In this document: positions 1 to 11,559 of the stretch, piece after piece
How positions within the stretch are numbered: the first letter of the stretch is position 1
How the letters are laid out: the number at the start of each line of letters is the position of its first letter
Assembly (NCBI GenBank): GCA_013239625.1
Contig: MU053934.1
Location: 4,358,399 to 4,422,398 of the forward strand
Reading direction: 5' to 3'
Origin: Lama guanicoe
Taxonomy: Eukaryota
DNA length: 64,000 nucleotides
Position numbers and translations under genes: made by a program
The notes under the pieces: model-generated
The model's input: the letters and a program-made list of their open reading frames with translations, nothing else
Told to the model about the DNA's origin: nothing
The model's database searches: none

Positions 1-404
1 GTCCAGTTTGCTGGCCTTACATGGGGGCTCCGAAGGAGAGCTCAGCCCATGTGTGCCCCCTTCCCTCCCCTTCACCAAGGATGAAGGTGGCGGCCTGCCT
101 GTGAGACCAGATTCTCCCTCCCTGCTGGGTACCCGGCAGGTCCAGCAGCCCAGCAGGCCCCAGGGAGCCTGGGTCAGGCCACGGCCCATGCCGGCTGCTG
201 TGGGAGACTCAGCGATGGCTGTCCTGGAGCTTGTCCTCCGGGGGCTGTGCCCAGGCCTTCCTCCAGGGTATGGACATCTGTCCTTTTGTCTGTCCCTCCA
301 CTGCCTGCCTTGCTAGTACCTGTTGCCCAGATGACCACACCCTCCCAGACCTCACTGGCCCACCCATGGTCAGTCCTGGTGGTGTCCAGGAAGGGCCTCT
401 GTCA

Positions 405-579
405 GAAAAGGGAAAGTAAAACCTGAACTTGTCTGTGAGGGCATAGGGTGTGACATCTGGGCAGAGAAGTTCCTTATTCTGCAACACACACATGGGTGGC
501 ATGAGTGGCCTGCTTTCAGGAAGGGGTGAGGTCCAATTCTGCTGACACAGCACTTCCCTGTGCTCTGATGATATATAAG
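405..579 (+). promoter_or_regulatory. APOBEC3Z1 proximal promoter: ISRE-like GAAAAGGGAAAGTAAA (405-420) and TATA-like ATATATAAG (571-579)
   Basis: Motifs seen directly upstream of ATG 677; function inferred from the known interferon inducibility of A3 genes. Confidence 0.55.
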
Positions 580-676
580 GCTTCTGATGCTAGAAGAGCC
601 TCAGGGACGAGGAGACAGTCTGTGACTAGGCACAGGAGGGGAGGACCCAGAGTCAAGGACAGTGAAGGGTGGACAC

Positions 677-690
677 ATGGCCAGGGCCAG
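677..690 (+). CDS. APOBEC3Z1: APOBEC3Z1 coding exon 1
   Basis: ATG GCC AGG GCC AG|gtacca, phase 2 matching the acceptor at 1012; about 100 bp downstream of a TATA-like element in a context resembling primate A3A exon 1. Confidence 0.7.
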
Positions 691-3391
691 GTACCACACC
701 ACAGGGCAATGGCGCAGTGGGAGCCAGGACAGGGGCGGGATGGTGACAAGAGGCTGTGACCCAGTTCTACTCCAGGCAGAGGGACAGGCCCTCATCAAGG
801 CTCTGAGTGCCCTGCATTGGTCCTGGGGAGACCCTGACAAAAGGATGGGCTGACTTCCCCCAGAGCCCCCAGCAGGAGTCAGAGAGGGAGGCCTGTTGGC
901 TTCAGCAGAGATGTGGGGTACAGGAGAAGGGGTGTAGGGTGGAGGGGAGGAGCGATGAGCAGTCCCAGGAAGAGCCCTGTGTCTTCAGGCTTCTCTCACC
1001 TTTGTCCGCAGGTGCCTGATGGATGAACACACCTTCACCCACAACTTCCCTAATCATAAAAGGACTCGCAAGACCTACCTGTGCTATGAGGTGGAGATCC
1101 TATGTGGTGATTCTGGGCTCCCTCCAGACGAGGACAAGGGCTTCCTGTGCAACAAGGTAGGCAGTCCAACCCCTCCGAGGCAGGCAGGGCCTCCCTATCA
1201 CGGGACATTCAGGGTGGAGGGTTGTCAGTTGGACACGGGGTGTCCCACAAGCTCTCTCACCTTTGGTCCCTACACCTGCTACCACTGCTCTCCTGAAGTC
1301 TGGTGGGGACTGTTTCTGCTGTGACTGCTGGCTTCCAGACCACATGTCAGAAGCCAGTCACAGCAACCCAGGGCCTGGCACCTCCAGTCCAGGGTCTCCC
1401 CAGGCTCCAGGGCTTGGCCACTCTCTATCTGCTGTGCTTCTGAGGAGAGGTGGAGAAAGAGGAAAAGGTATCTGGACAAGGGGCCAGGCTCTTCCCTGGA
1501 TTCCTCCTGGACAGCCTCTGACCAGGGAGCCCCAGTTCTCCATCAGTGCCCCCTCCAGTCAGTACAGGCTTGGACGGGCCTTGCAGGAACTCCGCCCACT
1601 GCTTGAGAGATCCTGGCAAGGGCGCTGGTGCCCACAACCCCACCGCCAGCTGCACTTGGCCCAGGGATGCCCCTCGGCACCCTGCCACCCATCACTCCCA
1701 CCCAAGGTCTCTGCACTAGCACAGTTGGCCTGACTTGTTCCCAGTTCCTGGTTGAAAGTCCTTCCCTGTGCTGTTTGGACAAATCTCCATAATCCTACGA
1801 GCCCCAGCAAACCCTTGGCGCCCTTCACCCCTTTCCTCCCTGCACAGTGAGCCCTTTTGGCCAGAGTCTGTATCATCCTTCAGCTCAGCACAGGGTGAAA
1901 GGTAAGAGGGGCTCTAGAAAACTCAGTGATCAAGATGAGTCATATTTTAATACAATAGTTTAAAAATCAATATAAATGCAATTCTATGATGAAAGAAATA
2001 TCAACATTTACACGAAGACTGATCAGTTTCAGTGCTGTGCAGAGCCATAGGGAGCCAAGGTCCAACAAGTCATCACTGCTGACCTGGCCCCTTGTAAAAC
2101 ACTGATACGGGGTTTCTCATGGAGTTTTGTGTTACTAAGGATCATGCAAACCCTGCACTGAAATATCATTCACTTGGTGCTGAGGCTTGCCCCCACTCTA
2201 ATTCTGTGCTGGAGGCCAGTGCCTTCCTTGGCCCTACCCTCTCCCAACCCTGTTCACAGCAAAGGACAGGACACTTTTCTTCCTCTTCTGTGCTAGGGTG
2301 CTGACCAACCTGGGCTGCCCTGCCACGTGGAGCTGTACCTCCTGGAGCGGATCCGTTCTTGGAATCTGGACCGGAAGCTGCACTGCAGGCTCACCTGTTT
2401 CATCTCCTGGACCCCCTGTGGTACCTGTGCCCGGAAACTGGCTGAATTCCTGAAGGAGAACAGCCACGTGAGCCTGTGCATCTTCGCCTCCCGCATCTAT
2501 AGCCTTAACGATTATGAGGCAGGGCTGCACACACTGCAGGAGGCTGGGGCCCAAATCGCCATCATGACCTTTAAGGGTCAGCACGGGTCTCCTGGGGGCA
2601 GGGCGGTGGCAGGGGGAGGCCTGTGGGAAGTTGCTAGAAAGGGGTGGGCTGGATGGGAAGCCTTGGCGGAGAAGCGAGAAGCCTTTGTGTGCTGCCTGAG
2701 AGGTGATGCTAGACTTTGGAAGGACAGTGGAGTCTATGGGAAGAGAGTTCAGGGTAGCAGAAGTGGTTGGGGGAGGGCAGAGAGGGGGTGGGTGGATATG
2801 CAAGAGGGACTAGGGGGCTTCCAGAAAGAAGGAAGATGGGGCTGGTTCAGGCTATAGTTGCAAGAAAAGAATTTAAGTCCCTAGGAGGAAAGAGAAAGGA
2901 GGCAGTGAAATTATGATGGGGAAAGTCTATCCCGAAGAGTCATTCAGCGCTGTGCCGCCCCCCACCCCCCGACAGCCAGAGCTCACCTTTATCTCCCCTG
3001 TTCCATTTCAGAGTTCAAGCATTGCTGGGAGACCTTCGTGGACCACCAGGGAAGACCTTTTCAGCCCTGGGATGAGCTGGATGTAAATAGTCAAGGCCTA
3101 AGTAAGGAGCTGCAGGCCATTCTCCAGGTGAGGGTTCTTCCCCGCTGCTTCCCTGGGCCTTTCTCCTCCTCTCAGAGCCTCCTTTGGGTGCCCTGCTCCC
3201 TCCTAGGGCGCCACCTCCATCCCTTCCTTCCCTTTCCTCCCCACACGGCCCCTCTGCTTTCTCACCTTGGGTCCCTCCTTCCTTCCCCATCTTTGTAATT
3301 GTCCCCAGACCTCCTCTGGGTTTCATCTTCCAACTGTCTCTCTCCCTGCTCCATTCACTCCACCTTCTCGTCCTAGACTCGGCAAAACTGA
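677..3391 (+). CDS. APOBEC3Z1: APOBEC3 Z1-type cytidine deaminase (APOBEC3A-like), 189 aa; join(677..690,1012..1156,2297..2576,3012..3127,3377..3391)
   Basis: All four introns are GT-AG with consistent phases (2,0,1,0); 570 nt open. Translation [17 protein letters not shown]...KTYLCYEVE...[21 protein letters not shown]...[10 protein letters not shown]...ASRIY...[25 protein letters not shown]...AILQ-TRQN*. The HxE/PCxxC zinc motif plus the RIY motif mark the Z1 type. Confidence 0.93.
1012..1156 (+). CDS. APOBEC3Z1: APOBEC3Z1 exon 2
   Basis: cgcag|g tgc ctg atg ... aac aag|gtaggc; contains KTYLCYEVE. Confidence 0.93.
2297..2576 (+). CDS. APOBEC3Z1: APOBEC3Z1 exon 3 (catalytic exon)
   Basis: tgctag|ggt gct...; HVE...SWTPCGTC...RIY; ends aag g|gtcagc. 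Confidence 0.93.
3012..3127 (+). CDS. APOBEC3Z1: APOBEC3Z1 exon 4
   Basis: ttcag|ag ttc aag cat tgc tgg ... ctc cag|gtgagg; [19 protein letters not shown]. Confidence 0.93.
3377..3391 (+). CDS. APOBEC3Z1: APOBEC3Z1 terminal coding exon (TRQN*)
   Basis: tcctag|act cgg caa aac tga, like the TQQN/NQGN ends of other Z1 proteins; AATAAA at 3691 and 3735. Confidence 0.85.
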   Translation, partial: TRQN

Positions 3392-5675
3392 AGGATGGAC
3401 TTTAGTCTCTCTAAAGAAGGCAGGAGACCTCTGTTGAACAGCAGAACAAAACACTATCTTCCAAGAAATATAAACATGTCATTTGCCACCATCTCCAGAT
3501 TGATCCAAAGAACCCAGCGAAAGGCAAATGGCTCAAAAGAAATGGTATAAAAAAAAAATCTGAATGGATTTACTTTTCATTCAAACCTGTTATGTTCCAA
3601 ATATCCATCAGTAAGATTCCATTCAATTCTATCAGAATATTTTTTGATTTTTAGAGAAATAAATATTTTAATTGATTTTAAATCTAAAGCAATAAAATGA
3701 AATATTAAGAACCTTGCACCAACTTTTTTTTCTCAATAAATGTATCACTAAGTCCAAACGGTTTATTAAAACTTGCAAACGTGCAGACACACCTTTCTAT
3801 TTTGTAGTGGATCTGATCCATGGCAGGGTCCAGTGGTCACACTAATTGCTGCTGGTGTGAGTAAAAATCAGCTAAACCTTACAGGAGGGGAATCTAGGTT
3901 AAAAATCTACAGTCATTGACAACCTATCATGCTGCTAGCAGCACTGTTTCTGAAATGACAGGCCATGCAGTAAAAGAATGAGTCTAAATATTGGAAGGGA
4001 ACCTTCAAATTTGCAGTTAGGTTAACAGCCAGGAATTACTCCAGTCCCTATGCCAGTTCTAGTTCTACTGCCCTGGAGAGGAAGCTGGAAGGAGGGGCTC
4101 TCCTGCACAGGTGATGAACTGGCCCCTGTGGATGCGGGTGCAAGCAGGACCCATACCAGGCACTAGGTTTCTCTCCTGCCATGGATTCTGTGGAAACTGA
4201 ACTGAGCCCAGTCAGCTCCTGGAAGCTGGTTGTCCTGAACAAGGTGTCCAGAAAATGAAGTCTCCCCAGGTCTCTCCTCATAGACTTCTGCTCACGTCAG
4301 GGGCCCAAACTCTGTCACAACCTTACACAATGGTTGTAAGGGGCTGGGAGCAGAATCATTTAGTTTGGGACCTGGAGGGATAGAGAATAAGGGACAGACG
4401 ATGACGATGGCCAAGGAGGGTGGAAGGAACTTAGTCTGGGAGGGCTGGTGCCCTAGACGGAAGGACTGACAGAACAAAGTGATGAAGGGGAAGGAGAGAG
4501 GGACGGGAGAGGAACAAAGCAGGGCTGAGGGCCAATGGTGGCAGGACAAGGGGCAGGGAGGAACCTAAGGACAGGAGGCTGGGATGGAGGAGGGCTGGCA
4601 GGGCCTGAAATCTGCCGGGAAAGGCCGAAATGCAGCCTTGTTTCACAGGAGGCATGTGGGGAGGTAGGATGGTTTGAGCCCGGCTCAGCTGCTCAGCAAT
4701 GCTGTCAGGACTCAGCCGCTTTTCCTGCTCCCCCAGCTCAGCCCTTAGCACTTGCCTCCTCCTGCTGGGCCCCTGCTGGACCCCTGCTGGTCCCCTCCAG
4801 GCCCAGCATGGCTGCCTACCTCCAGATAGCACCTCTCACTCCAGAGGGGAAGAAAAGAGGATGGGACAAACCCCAGAACTTCGGAGCCTGTACCTCCTTT
4901 TAATGGATACTAGCAGTGTCCTATGGTGAGAGGGGGCTGGCAGGGAACCTCACAGACCGCAGTTTCATCTGAAGACCCGACATGGGCTGCAGAGGGAGCG
5001 AGAATGGCTCTCAGGCACCTCACCTGTACCATATGGAGAGTAACAGTGACTGACCATGAGGGCTGCCGTGCAGTTAAACATCAAGCACTTAGGACAATGC
5101 TGGGAGTTATTCAAGAAGCGATGATGTTATTATAAAAAAGAGGGGAATCTCTCATTTAATAAATCACTCAGTCCGGACACGTTCTGGCTCACACCACATG
5201 CAGCCAGGTGCTGGGGAAGACAAGTGGATGGGCAGTGTTGGGGCCAAGACCCAGGATAGGCCAGTGCCTGCACCAGAGGCCCCTCCTCTTGGCTTAGCTG
5301 ATGGGGACTCACCTCCTCCCTCCTGGGGTCTCCTCCTCTGACCCCGGGGGCTCCCCCTGCACTCCTGACCTGGTGTCTGGACCTGGCCTCTTTCCCCAGG
5401 TCCCAATCGTGTTCTCACTGATGCCCTCATTTCTGTTTCCTCCCACCTCCTGCCTTGCCACAGGTGTGCCAGGGAGTGTGCAAGTCCCCAGAGATGATGG
5501 AGTCATGTCCACAGGAAGGAGGATGGGCCGAGAGGGGACCTCTTGCATTTGTCTTTAAATTAACAGCTGCCTTTGGTTACAAACTCACCATAAGTCCCAC
5601 CTTGGCTAAGCCCTTTTCATACCCAAGCTCATCCCAACTTTACCAAATCTCAGGTGCCAACTAAAAATTGGCACT

Positions 5676-6281
5676 GGGGAGTGCTGGGCCAACCGACGTC
5701 CTTCAAAGTCTAACGACTCCTATCCCTGCGCTCTCAGATGTCTGACATTCTTTACCGGGCATGTTTGCCCTAACAAACTAATAGCCCCAGGTAACGCCTA
5801 ATCTTCCCCTAGAGCAGGCTGGCTTGTTTCAGCCCACCTTCTCAGAGTCAAACGCCACTGCCCTTCATGGACCCTAAACCTCTTACCTTACCTACAGCCA
5901 GTCAGAGACTTGCACACAGGCCAATCAGTCACCTTGTGACCCAACCTATAAAAGACCCCAATAACCAGCCCTCGGGGCTCACACAGGCACCTCTCGTCTG
6001 TGTGGCCTGCTGTTATCTATGATAAATAATAAACTCTTTTCTATTCTCATACTTTATCTCTGGTAAATTCTTTTTACCAACCCACGTGTCACTGGCTCAC
6101 CAACCGGCCACCCGTTGCACCCACAACAGGGATGGGGGGAAAGTACAGCTCAGTGGTGGAGTGCATGCCTAGCATGCATGAGGTTCTGGGTTCAATCCCC
6201 AGTACCTTCATTAAATAAATAAATAAACCTAATTATCTCTCCTCCAAAAATAAATAAATTTTCAAAAATAAATAAAAAAGC
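5676..6281 (+). mobile_element. tRNA-derived SINE (camelid Vic-1-like), interrupted by the LTR at 5682-6128
   Basis: A box (acagctcagtggt), B box (gggttcaatcccc), A-rich tail; 13-bp TSD aaaaattggcact at 5663-5675 and 6282-6294. Confidence 0.85.
5682..6128 (+). mobile_element. Solo ERV LTR inserted in the head of a SINE
   Basis: TG...CA ends, CCAAT (~5921), TATAAAA (~5947), AATAAA (~6028), flanked by gggag/gggat. Confidence 0.75.
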
Positions 6282-6319
6282 AAAAATTGGCACTTGCCAT
6301 CTGTCTCTGCACAACCTCC

Positions 6320-6754
6320 TGTAGCCGCTGACCTTTAACACTTCCTGAAAGGAGTCCAGGGTGGAGATTAGGAATGAGGCGCTCTGTGCTCTGGGGAAAA
6401 CCGGCATTAAAGGCCTTCAGATAGTTAGATATTCTCAGGAGATTTTATAAGCCCTAATTCTCTCCTCTCCTCATATTCAGAAAAGAACTAAAATCATTAA
6501 TGGTGACATCTGCCCCTTGTGACTAGCAGCAAGCCCCTGCCTAGAGGTGTGCTTGACTGCGCGTGCCCCCCCCCCCAAAATCAAATACATATGAAATAAT
6601 AAAATCATATTATATATATATAATACTGAGCTCCCCCTGCCTCTTTGGAGCAGTTACTCAGAGCTATCTGAAATGTTGTCTCCTGGGCTATAGTCCTCAT
6701 TTTGCCCCAAATAAAACTTAATTCTCATATTGTGTGATTTTACTTCTGTTGACA
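6320..6754 (+). mobile_element. ERV1-type solo LTR (5' boundary approximate)
   Basis: Ends ...ccccaaataaaactt...gttgaca, a typical LTR 3' end with polyA signal. Confidence 0.6.
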
Positions 6755-9700
6755 CAGGACAGGGAATAACTAGCACCATTTTGCTATGAGGCAAAGTCCT
6801 CTTTCCCTCTTCCTAGCGTCTCACAGGAAGGACGTGGTAGAGCCCGGAGTCACACCTGGGTCCATGCCAATCTGCAGCCAACACTGAGGGGCGTTTCTAA
6901 GGACAGGCTACTGTGAGTTATATTAGGGTACACAGAGAGGGGCAGAAGGAGGCTGCAAGCAAAGCTGGGGTTTTCAGTGCAGGAGTCTGGAGTCTGGCTG
7001 GTCAGACCAGAGAGCACATTTGGGAGACTTCAGGGCAGAGGGGAGGGACAGAGACAGGACCAGGGGAGATGTCTGGAGTGGGCAGAGGAGGGGCAGGGCT
7101 GAGGGCTGGAGGAGGCCAGGAGTGAGAGGACAAGTTCATTCATCCCTTAGGGATCTGGAGGGGAGTATCTTTGACATCCTGGAAGCCTGTGAAGGTGTGA
7201 GGCTCTGTGTTGAGGTGTCAGTGGGCCCAGACACAAGCCCTTTATCAGAGGACTGCTAGTGACAGAGACTGCGTGCCCAGTTAACTTGATTTCAGATAAA
7301 CAGCACTTTGGAACTTACTTAACCAAAAATGTATTGACATTTAAATGGGGCCCTATAGTTTTGTTTGCTAGGTCTGGCTGCTCTATCTGTGCAGGAGACA
7401 CGTACAGAAACTCCCATTCTGGTTAAAGAGTGAGGCGGGCTGAGTGGGCCCTGCACACTTTCTGAGGGTCCTTGAGCCTCAGTCTGTTTCTTCAGTGAGC
7501 TCCCCTGAGGCACTCTAGCCGGTCCCCAGAACAGTTTCTGGCATGCTCCAAACAGGATTTCGGTTAACAAGGGCCTGCTTCGTGGCTGGCTGTGGAACAT
7601 CAAAAGGGGAAGTCTTTTGAAAGTGACATTAAGAGACTTCTTTGAGATGCACCTGTGTCACTGCAACACTATGAAAGGAAGGGTAACTGCTTGCTCACAG
7701 AAGACAAATATTTGCATACCTTTAAACTGCAGAAAGTGGTGGCTGTTTAACACAGCAGAATATTTGTTCTGAAATGTAAAATGAAAAGCTGACGCTTCAG
7801 GGGAGAGAGGCTGGGAGGTGTCACAGCAGGGAGAAACGCAGGGGAGGCTGTGTCCTCCTTTCACAAACACAAGAGCCAAGGGAGACTGCTCGTGGTTGGC
7901 AGAACGAGGAATAGTTTAAGCTGGAGGCTGGATGAGTTGAGGGTCTGAGAACAGTGATACCACTTCAAAGGCAGAGAAGGTCAAGGGAAGTGGTGTAAAT
8001 TCTCCCTGATCATAAGTGACGTCTAAAGGTCAAGACCCAGAAGTATGAGCACATGACATAACCACATGGAAATGACCATGGAAGTGAGAGAGGCAGTTAC
8101 AAAGCAGTGGTGTTTGGCAGGCCTGGAGCTGGCAAGAATGATGACACAACTTTGCTTTGGGTTTAGGGTTTTCTTGTCATTTTGATTTTTAATGGTGTGT
8201 CCTTACATAAATCCCTTCTAATTTCATTCACAGTAGAGACAAAACTGTAGAAAATGCTTTGTAATAAATTTAATAAGTGAATAAAACTAAAGTAATATAT
8301 AAATTTAAAAGAAATCCACACAATAATAGAAAAACAGAATGACTGCTTTTTTTTTTTTTTAACTTGGAAAAAAATACTCCTTAGGTTCAAATGGTAAAAG
8401 AAAGGAGTTATATGTGATGGAGGGAGATGCAGCCAGATGGCTCATGGGCCTGAAAATACAGCAGGGGCCCAACTGTGAGACAACTGGGAAGGGGGCCTGA
8501 GCTTGGATATCGCCCTGTGACAGGGAGATGTCCCTTCCTGTGGTCTCGGTGAAACAGGGAACCAGAAAGCCCAAATGAACCCTGGCAGGAATAATCTAGC
8601 ACCTGGCTTTTTCCTAGGTGCAGGAGGCTCAGGTTAAGAATTAGCATGTCTGCAGAGCTCACCTTGGGTTGCCGGTGCAAAGGAAGGTGAAGTACAAGTT
8701 GGATGTGAATTCCACATCAACTTCATCAATGCTAAGCATTTGCTTGGACACTGATGAGAAACGTGCATTGAACCTGATGAGAATTCATTTGCAGCTGAAA
8801 TGCCTTTCTTCTGTATTATTAGTCGTCCAGCCCAGCATGCCCTCCTTATGCTGTCTGGACAGGCAGCTGTTTGGCACTAGGCAAGCTGGATATCTTTTGA
8901 AGGATATACTTTTGAAAACTATGGCACAATATACATATAACATAAAATTTACTTCAATTAACACTTCTTTTTCATCTCCAAATTATGTCCCTTGAATGTC
9001 TCACTTACTCAATTTTGATGGCTCGCTTCTAGTTTTTAACTTGATATTTAACTTTTCAAATGTGCCTGGATGTTCATGAGCCCAGAACTCTGGGTGGGGA
9101 TCCCAGCCCCCAGCAGCTATGCTCCACCTTGCTCAGCAGGGCTCCATGTGCAGGAAGCAGGTGTGACCTACATGGGTATTCAGATGTCACTGAATCTATG
9201 AACATACCAGGCTGTTGTGGGATTTTTGATTGCCATTTTCATCAACATCATTAAATATAATTACATCTATATAATTTAAACTAAATTTAAAACTTAAAAA
9301 ATAGAGAAAGAAAAGTGTCAGACTAGCCATACCTGAGAAGCATCACCCAGGTCTTGGGGTTTGCATTCTCCTCCTGTCTGAAGATCCCAAAGCAGCTGGG
9401 CACACACAATCCGCTGGGCTGGACTCTGGTCACCCTTGACTCTCTAGTCTCCTCACGTTCTTGCTGATCCTGCCGTTGGTTTTTGCCTTTGGTGCCGTCG
9501 GCCCTGAGTGTGTGCAACCATATAAACTAGGAGCTAATACTCGGTCATCGTGACACTCCTGCGTTGTAAGCTAAGGACTCAACCTGAAGCAGAAATAAGT
9601 GAAAATAATCAACTTTTACTGAGCACTGACCATCCACGACACTCTTGTCCTCCTGCTTCAATGGGAGTGAGTGGTTCACTTAAACCTTCACCCAGCACAG

Positions 9701-11559
9701 CAGTGAAGATCAATCATTCTCACCTCCACTGCGCAAGTGGGAAAACTGAGGCTCTCGGGGTTAGAGGTCACAAAGCAGAGCTGGGATCTGAACCAGTCAG
9801 CCCGTCTCAGCCCACGTGCTTGAACACTTTGCCTGGGATGACTGAAGAAAGTCTGAAATGAATAACAAAGTTTTTTTTTTAATATAAAGATTTAGGCAAT
9901 TTTACAAGCAATATCCTTATTTTAAATATAATTTCAAAAAAAAAAAAAAGCTTCCTTGTAGAGGAAGAAGTTACACAGTCTCCTACTGGGAAACTATGAC
10001 TTTTCAGAAAGGAAGTCAACTAGCCTTTTAATTGCACAGACAGAACTTTCCAAGATCTACAATCTAGATCACTCCCATCTCAAATTTAAGTACAGCATTA
10101 AAATGCTTTTAAGTTTAATTACATACTCAATATAGAAATTCTTTTATTTATACGATTTAAATAATACTATGTGAACACCAGGTGCTCACTCCCCAACTTA
10201 ACAGACACAAAACAGCCCATCGCATTCCCTACCACTCATCTCCCTTCAGCTAAAAGATTCAGGAAGATCAATCACACCTAACTTGTAGCTCAGAAGTAAG
10301 TCAGGAACATTCCTCTGTTTCTTCTGCCTGATTATTTTTCTGCCTGATATGATTACAACAAAGATGATACAGCCGTCAAAGGCATGGGCTGTGGGTACAG
10401 ATTTCCTGGGTTCAGCTCCCAGCAGCGCTTCCTCCTACCTGTGTGAACGCAGCTGAGTGATTAACCCTTTCTGCCTCAGCACTAAGCTCATGGTGGGAAA
10501 AGGACTGACTGGGTGAGCAGGGGCACAGCTCTGGGAATAGGGCTTCCTCTGGCCACCAGGTCATAAACTGTACTGCACCTGAAACCACACTGTGCCCTCA
10601 AGTTGGAATCCTGCTTTTCCTCCCATAGCATGTCATAAATATTTCCTCAAGTCTTGAAGATACATAAATGCGTAAAATTCAAATACTGAAACGGATGTCC
10701 CAATATTCAAAAGCTTGCATAATTCTCTATGTGTGGCTATTTCCTGATTTACTTCACCCAAGCAACTCCCTAATGGAGCACATTTAAGTAGTTCCCACAT
10801 TTTTTATATTAATAAATCAGCGAACACTGAGTTTCATAAATTCTCTGGCATTTTGGACAGATGGTCCTAGAAAATTTCCTAAGAGTTGGACACTGAAGCT
10901 TCCGGTACACTTAGACGCAATTCCCTGTGAAAATCTTCTTGGAGTTTCTCTCCCAGCAGGAGGGTGTGAGAGGTGCCTGTGGGACCATCATCTTCCAGCT
11001 CTTCTGCATCTGGGGGTGTCCCGGGTCAGGTGAAGAACTGGAGCCAATTCACAGGCTGAGAGGAACTCAGCCCCAAACCAAACTCTTGGTCACTATTCTG
11101 GAACAAAATGTGATTTGATAGCTCTGGATTGAAGGCTCGACCTTCCACTCCAGGGCTCAGCAGAGTCACCCAATTAGAGAGTCCCATGTGTGCCAACGGC
11201 TGCTCCTTAAAAGAGGAGGTATCCAGGGGGGGACCTGTGGGGATGCGCAGGGGCAGAAGCCCAGTGGACATGGGGCCAGAGTCAGTGGCCAGGGACAGCG
11301 AGAGCTGGGGGCAGAGGTCATCACACTGAAGAGGGCAGCCCTGGGTCGCAGGGGTGATGACCACGTCCCCAACCACATACAGCAAAGGATAAGATGTGGC
11401 CACACGTCTTCATTTGGGGACAGAGCAATCTGGAGGCCACCAGCAAAGGAATCAAAAGCTTTTCGGCTGGTCCCAGGTGGTTGGGGGCTCAGAGGGGAAC
11501 AAGTAACTGCAAGGATCCTGGAGGGCGTCCTGCACCTTCCTTTTCTCTCTCGGCTCTGA

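Noticed and set aside
6133..6210. tRNA-like sequence with A and B boxes (also 26001-26080)
   Set aside because: Followed by a SINE body, A-rich tail and TSD; it is a SINE, not a tRNA gene.
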